From Macrostomum lignano (Eukaryota): a DNA stretch of 64,000 nucleotides. Both the position numbers and the translations under genes were made by a program. Position 1 is the first letter of the stretch, and each line of letters begins with the position of its first letter. A model generated the notes under the pieces. It saw only the letters and a program-made list of their open reading frames with translations, had not been told where the DNA came from and made no database searches. Below, piece after piece: positions 58,892-64,000 of this stretch. The stretch is from positions 1-64,000 of the forward strand of contig NIVC01000893.1 of assembly GCA_002269645.1 (NCBI GenBank). Reading direction: 5' to 3'.

Positions 58892-61800
58892 ATGTCTTCA
58901 AGCGTAAAGTAAGTACCGATGAATCTTATCTTTTCTCTTGGCCTAATCTAATTTAGTAAAAATTATTTCGATGCAGGTGTGCTATAGTCCCAGGCCAGTC
59001 CCTACAGACTACAGTATCAGCTAGTTCTCAAAGTCATTTTACTTTTTTTCTCTCGTCATACAGTTGAAAACGCGTATTTCATTATCCAATAATTATACTG
59101 CAATCCTAATTTGGACTGCAATGATTCGGTTTTTGTCATCAATTTGGATAGAGTCCTAGGTTAAATCTTAGGCTTAGCTCACTTAACTCTTGAGCCTCGA
59201 GTCGAATCTGACTATAAAAATTGCATTTTGGTCTATAATCAAAATGAACCAGCAGTCAGCCTTTTAATTTAAAAAGCAAAAGCCAAAACTTAGGCCTATT
59301 TTTTTACTACTCTATCAAAAATAGATTAATTAGGCCCCTAATCAATTTATTTTGTTTAACCTATAATATAATACTATTATATAGTATATATACATAAAAA
59401 TTCATGTTTGAGGAAAGTCAGGAATAACTTACCTGGTGTACTTTACTTAGACTCTAAAATGCATGTTGTATTTTATGCCATTGGCATAATGGACCTTTTA
59501 CCTTTTGTGCTCTATCTTCAACTGCTTGAATAGGCCTATTGACTTATTCTACTTGGCAGTTGAGATGGTGTTAACCTATGGCTAAAAGCTATTCCCATCT
59601 CTATAATTAATACTAAAACTGGTGCATACTAATACTAAAACTGATGCAATGTTTGTCTGTATATATGTTGCAATTTTTTCTCCTAGACTAATTGCAAGTC
59701 AGTATTGAAACTTATATGGGAAAACTGCAAGTTTTCTAGATCAGGTTTAAGGCTATTTTATTTTTTAAGTTTCATATTTTACCATCCCTAAAAAAGCAGA
59801 AAACTGCTTTTAACCTTCTTTGGCCCTTCTGTCTTTCTTTTTTCACTTTGTAAAAAAACCACCCCAACCTCTACCTGTGGGTCACTGTGTATTGGGGGGA
59901 GAGGGTGCGCATATTCTGCTTCTGCATTCAATGCTAATAAAACCCTGCATGTTGGGGGTTGAGTTAAAGTTAATGATTCCCCTTGGAATGGGGGGGGTTG
60001 GCCTTGGGTTGTATGTACATAGCAGTTGTACAGTGTAATCAGATAGGATGGTGCCAAAATTAATTGGTTTTATTATCGGTGCCTTTCAATATGCAGCCCT
60101 GTGTATTTGCTAGGCAGTGAAATTTAATGAATTAACTTGCAAGCCTTTCAATATAGCAAGCAAGCAGTCTGCAAATGGGAAAGTTTCAAATGCTAACTGT
60201 TCCTTGATTTTTCAACTTTGAAAAGAGAGATTTATATTGCTAGAAAGATTTTGCAATGCTGAGTTCGAGGATATAAGTTGCTTGCTTCAAATCAACTTTG
60301 AATCATAGCATTCAAATCAACTTTGAATGCTATGAAAATAAAAAGCATAGCATTCAAAAAACATTTGCATACTTTTAACTTTCTGCAAAGATTGTTTTCA
60401 TTTTTGCAATACGTAATAGATAGTTTCAGTGTTCAATGTCTACTCGCCTCTGTTTATTGGGGAGAGGGTTAGTCGTTGTGTGTTAAAAGGTTATTTAGAT
60501 TTTGCAACCATAATTTTAATAACTCTAACTGAGACTGATACTGACTGAGAAATGGATTGCACATAAATTTATTCAATTGGTTCATTTTTTATTATTAGCA
60601 CCTTTTAACATGTAACTCTCTGAACCATTGAACCAAAGCTTCTACCTTGAATATTTTATGCTTGACAATAGAAAGCATTTTTTATAGATTTAATATCTTC
60701 AATTTACCAGAGTCTTAATTGACTCTAACTTGATGAAGATAGTATTGACTAAATATATAAATTGCAATTTGACAGAGATTATATAGATAGATTGTAGTTT
60801 ATCAAAAGTGATTTTGATGAAGTTCAGTCTCATGAAGAGAATTTCATAAAAATTTTGTAAAAAATTTTTGATAAAAAAAGAGGATTTCAATGGAGTTTGC
60901 ACCTTCAGTCAGTCAGAGAAGAGAGTAAAGAGAAGAGAAAAGAGATTATAGAAAAGAGAGTAGAAATGAGAGAGGTAAGATTAGACATGACAGATGGGAG
61001 AGAAGAGAAGAGGAGATGAGAGGGGAGATATGAGATAGCAGAGAGGAGACAGGAGAGATAATAGGAGAGAGAAGAGAGGAGGGATAAGAGTGTACGGAGA
61101 AAATAGAAGAGAGGAGAGAGTAGAGGAGAAAGAAAAAGAGTAGAGATGAGAGAGGAGAGGAGAGAGAAAAGAGAAAAGAGGGGAGAAAGGAAACAGGAGA
61201 TCGAGAGTAAAGACGAAAGACGAGGGAGAAAAAAGAGAGTAGAGATGAGAGAGTTAAGAGAAGAAAGTAGTGAGGAGAAATAAGAGGGTAAAGATGAGAG
61301 TGCAGAGAGGAGAGATGAGAGATGCGATGAGAAAAGACAAGAGATGAGTGAGAAAATAAGAGAGAGTGGAGATTAGAGATTAGAGGAGAGAAGAAAGGAG
61401 AGGTGAGAACAGGGAAGACATGAGATGGTAGAAAGGAGGGAAGAAAGATGGGAGATAAGAAAGGAGAGGGTGGGAGTGTATAGGAGATAGAAGAAATGAG
61501 AGCAGAGAGGAGGGAGAAAAGATAAGAGAGAGAGGGTAGAGGAGAGACGATAGATATGAGAGTAGATATGAGAGGAGAGAGAAGCGAGAGAAGGGAGAGA
61601 GTAGAGAGAAGATAGATAAAAGATCAGAGATAAGAGATTTGAGAGGAAAAAGTAATGAGGGGAAAGAAGAGGGTAAAAGAGGAGCACAGAGAGGAGAGAT
61701 GATAGATTAGACAGGAGAGATGAAAAGAGATGAGAAACTAGAGATGAGAGAGCAAAGAGGAGAGAGGAGACAGGAGAGTCTGAGTCTGGACAATGGCAAT

Positions 61801-64000
61801 CAGTTTTTACAAACATGGAAAACAAGATATGGTATTTGAAAGGTTTTGTAGACGATTTAGAAGATGGGATTCAAGTCATGGAATTTCAGCTGATGGATTT
61901 CAGGGAATGGAATTCTGGCAATGGGAGTTTTATCGCCTTTTTCCTCTGGAGGAGGAGTTCTACTCGTGACTATTATTTGTGAGGCAAGCTTAGAAGCTTG
62001 TCATTTTCATCTCTTGTACAATATCTTGGGCATCCAATTCCTTAATATATAAGCAATGCCAAGTTAGCAACCTAGACCTGTGCCTCTCTTTGTTTGCACT
62101 CAAATGCCCAACACCTAGCTACATCACTTAAACTCATTTCTCTGATTTGCAAGCTCCAGGCCTTACCTTTCAATCTATAACTAGGCTCAACTTAGCTATT
62201 TTCTACCAATGGTTGCTTTGCTAACCTCTTAAGCTGTTTAATAATAATAATAATGCCATATATGCACATTGTAGTTAAAATGTTTGGGGCTATAGCTAAG
62301 ACAGATAAAGCCAATTTTGGTTATCTAGCATTTGCCACCACAAAGAATTATGGTGGCATTTCTATGGTGGCAATTAATTACATTCTGAAACAATTCAAGA
62401 GGCTTTTGCTACCCAATCTTCTTGGAAACCAATGACAAGTCAAGTAGGCCATTGCTTTCACCCAAGATCTCAGAAAGCATTGGATATTTTATTGGCCTAC
62501 TTAAGTTATTTAAAAGTTTAAAAAAGAGAGAAAAGAGGGGAAAGAGAAGGAAAAGAGGAAAGAAGGGAAAGGAGAAAGGAGAAGATGGGAAGAAAAAAAA
62601 TAGTCAAGTTGATAAGCATTAAGCAACACAGATGCATTTTGCACTGCCTATTGAGCACTATTCATAGTTGCATTTCTATAGTTTCCATAACTAGCAAAAT
62701 ATACCAATGCCCTATCTATGATATTGTTTCCAGGTATCACTAGCTATTAGCATAGTGCAACCATTGCAAGAAAGTTATAGAAAGTTAAAGAAAATTTCCT
62801 TGCTTTTTGGATACTGAAATGGATATAAGTTGGTTATAAGAAAAATTGAGATATAGATACAGGAAAATTTTAGTTATGGCAAAATTTTAAAGTATAACAG
62901 TTAAAAACAAATAAAAAAGCAATAACTTTTCAGACATTTGGCAAGAAATATATATTAGAATAGTATTGCTTGAATTCTGAAATTTATCATTGGTCTACTT
63001 GGCTTGTTGTTAAGCATGTGTAAAATAAAGACCAGATGCTCAATGTAAAAAAATAAATAAAGTTTTGCTCAATAAATGGTTGATTTTGTATTCCTAAGTA
63101 AGATCTTTGATTACATCAAGTATCATATTTTCATGTGTTTCAAGTATTATGTGTTTACTATAGGCTATCTATTTTAATTTTCCTAGGTTGGCTTTAACCA
63201 TAGATTCTAAAAGAACTAGATGGGGCCACTCAGGCATGTATGCTTAGTAAAACAGCTTTCTACTTTCAATTCAGTAGCAAAGAAGAATAAATAGGCTAGG
63301 CTAGACTAGAGTAAAGGTATAATGAGTCAGTCTGAAGCGAAAAATGATTCTTATTCAAAATACATATAAAATGTACAATCATATATTGTACATACATATA
63401 AAAATGTTTTAATCTTTCTATAGTAATTGAATTGTTGACCATTTACAACAAAATAAAGTACTCCTAATATAATAAAGGGGGTTGACAACTTTTTGCTGCT
63501 AGCATCTTTTGGCAACCACAAATTAACTGCTGAATCTACTTGTAGCCTTGAACCTATTCTACTAAACCGAATCTTAGAACCTAAACATAAATCTCAACCC
63601 TAACCTAAGTTCCAACCTAAAACTTAAGCCAAACCTAAACACAAACCCCAACCCTAACCTAAACCTCGGCAATCAAATGGTTGGCATTTAAAAGTAGGAA
63701 AAGTGTATTGTATGTAAACTCGTCAATCTTCATACACTCCAAGTACTTCGATTTTATTCATTTTTCCCCTGTAATTCGCTAGGAAGCTGGCCGGCAAGAC
63801 GCTCTTCATCACTGGAGCCAGCCGTGAAATTGGGCTCGCAATCGCCCTGCGCGCAGCCCGCGACGGTGCCAACATAGTTGTGGCCGCCAAGACTGCCACC
63901 GCTCATCCCAAGCTGCCTGGCACAATTTACACTGCCGCTGAGGAGATTGAAAAAGCTGGTGGCAAGGCGCTGCCATGCGTTGTTGACATCAGGCAAGCTG
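58892..64000 (+). CDS. HSDL2: Hydroxysteroid dehydrogenase-like protein 2 (SDR family), 5' part; continues beyond the window
   Basis: Exon from 63783: KLAGKTLFITGASREIGLAIALRAARDGANIVVAAKTATAHPKLPGTIYTAAEEIEKAGGKALPCVVDIR. Candidate 17-nt first coding exon 58892-58908 (ATGTCTTCAAGCGTAAA then GTAAGT) fits the phase but is less certain. Confidence 0.92.
60915..61790. repeat. Polypurine (GA-rich) low-complexity tract in the HSDL2 intron
   Basis: Read directly. Confidence 0.9.

Noticed and set aside
63500-63700. Telomere-like AACCCT repeats
   Set aside because: Highly degenerate, internal to an intron and bounded by short inverted motifs; more like a Helitron/Helentron-type remnant, which I cannot confirm.
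63993-64000. GC-AG donor at AG/GCAAGC in HSDL2
   Set aside because: The frame also stays open to the window edge, so it cannot be decided here.

Overview
Repeat-rich animal (invertebrate) genomic DNA with AT-rich introns, GC-rich exons and some very short introns (about 50 nt). Bases 1-4948 hold the right arm of a decayed Maverick/Polinton (adintovirus-like) endogenous virus: a broken OTU-domain protein-primed DNA polymerase B plus two G-x-G-repeat core-like proteins. Host genes I could assemble from splice signals are GPS2 (+), NIP7 (-), RGP1 (+), the first two coding exons of HSDL2 (+), an intronless TNF-like ORF (-) and two uncharacterised multi-exon genes. The rest is transposon debris: Penelope elements (one with a hammerhead ribozyme), RTE/RTEX-like LINEs, tRNA-derived SINEs, a Crypton tyrosine recombinase, a Merlin element, many 8-bp-TSD MITEs and minisatellites. 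The most unusual signals are a 64-nt 28S rRNA fragment, altered at the R2/I-PpoI cut site, carried inside two different MITE families, and tandem arrays directly behind the stop codons of four genes. All alignments were done by eye; no database search or computation was run.
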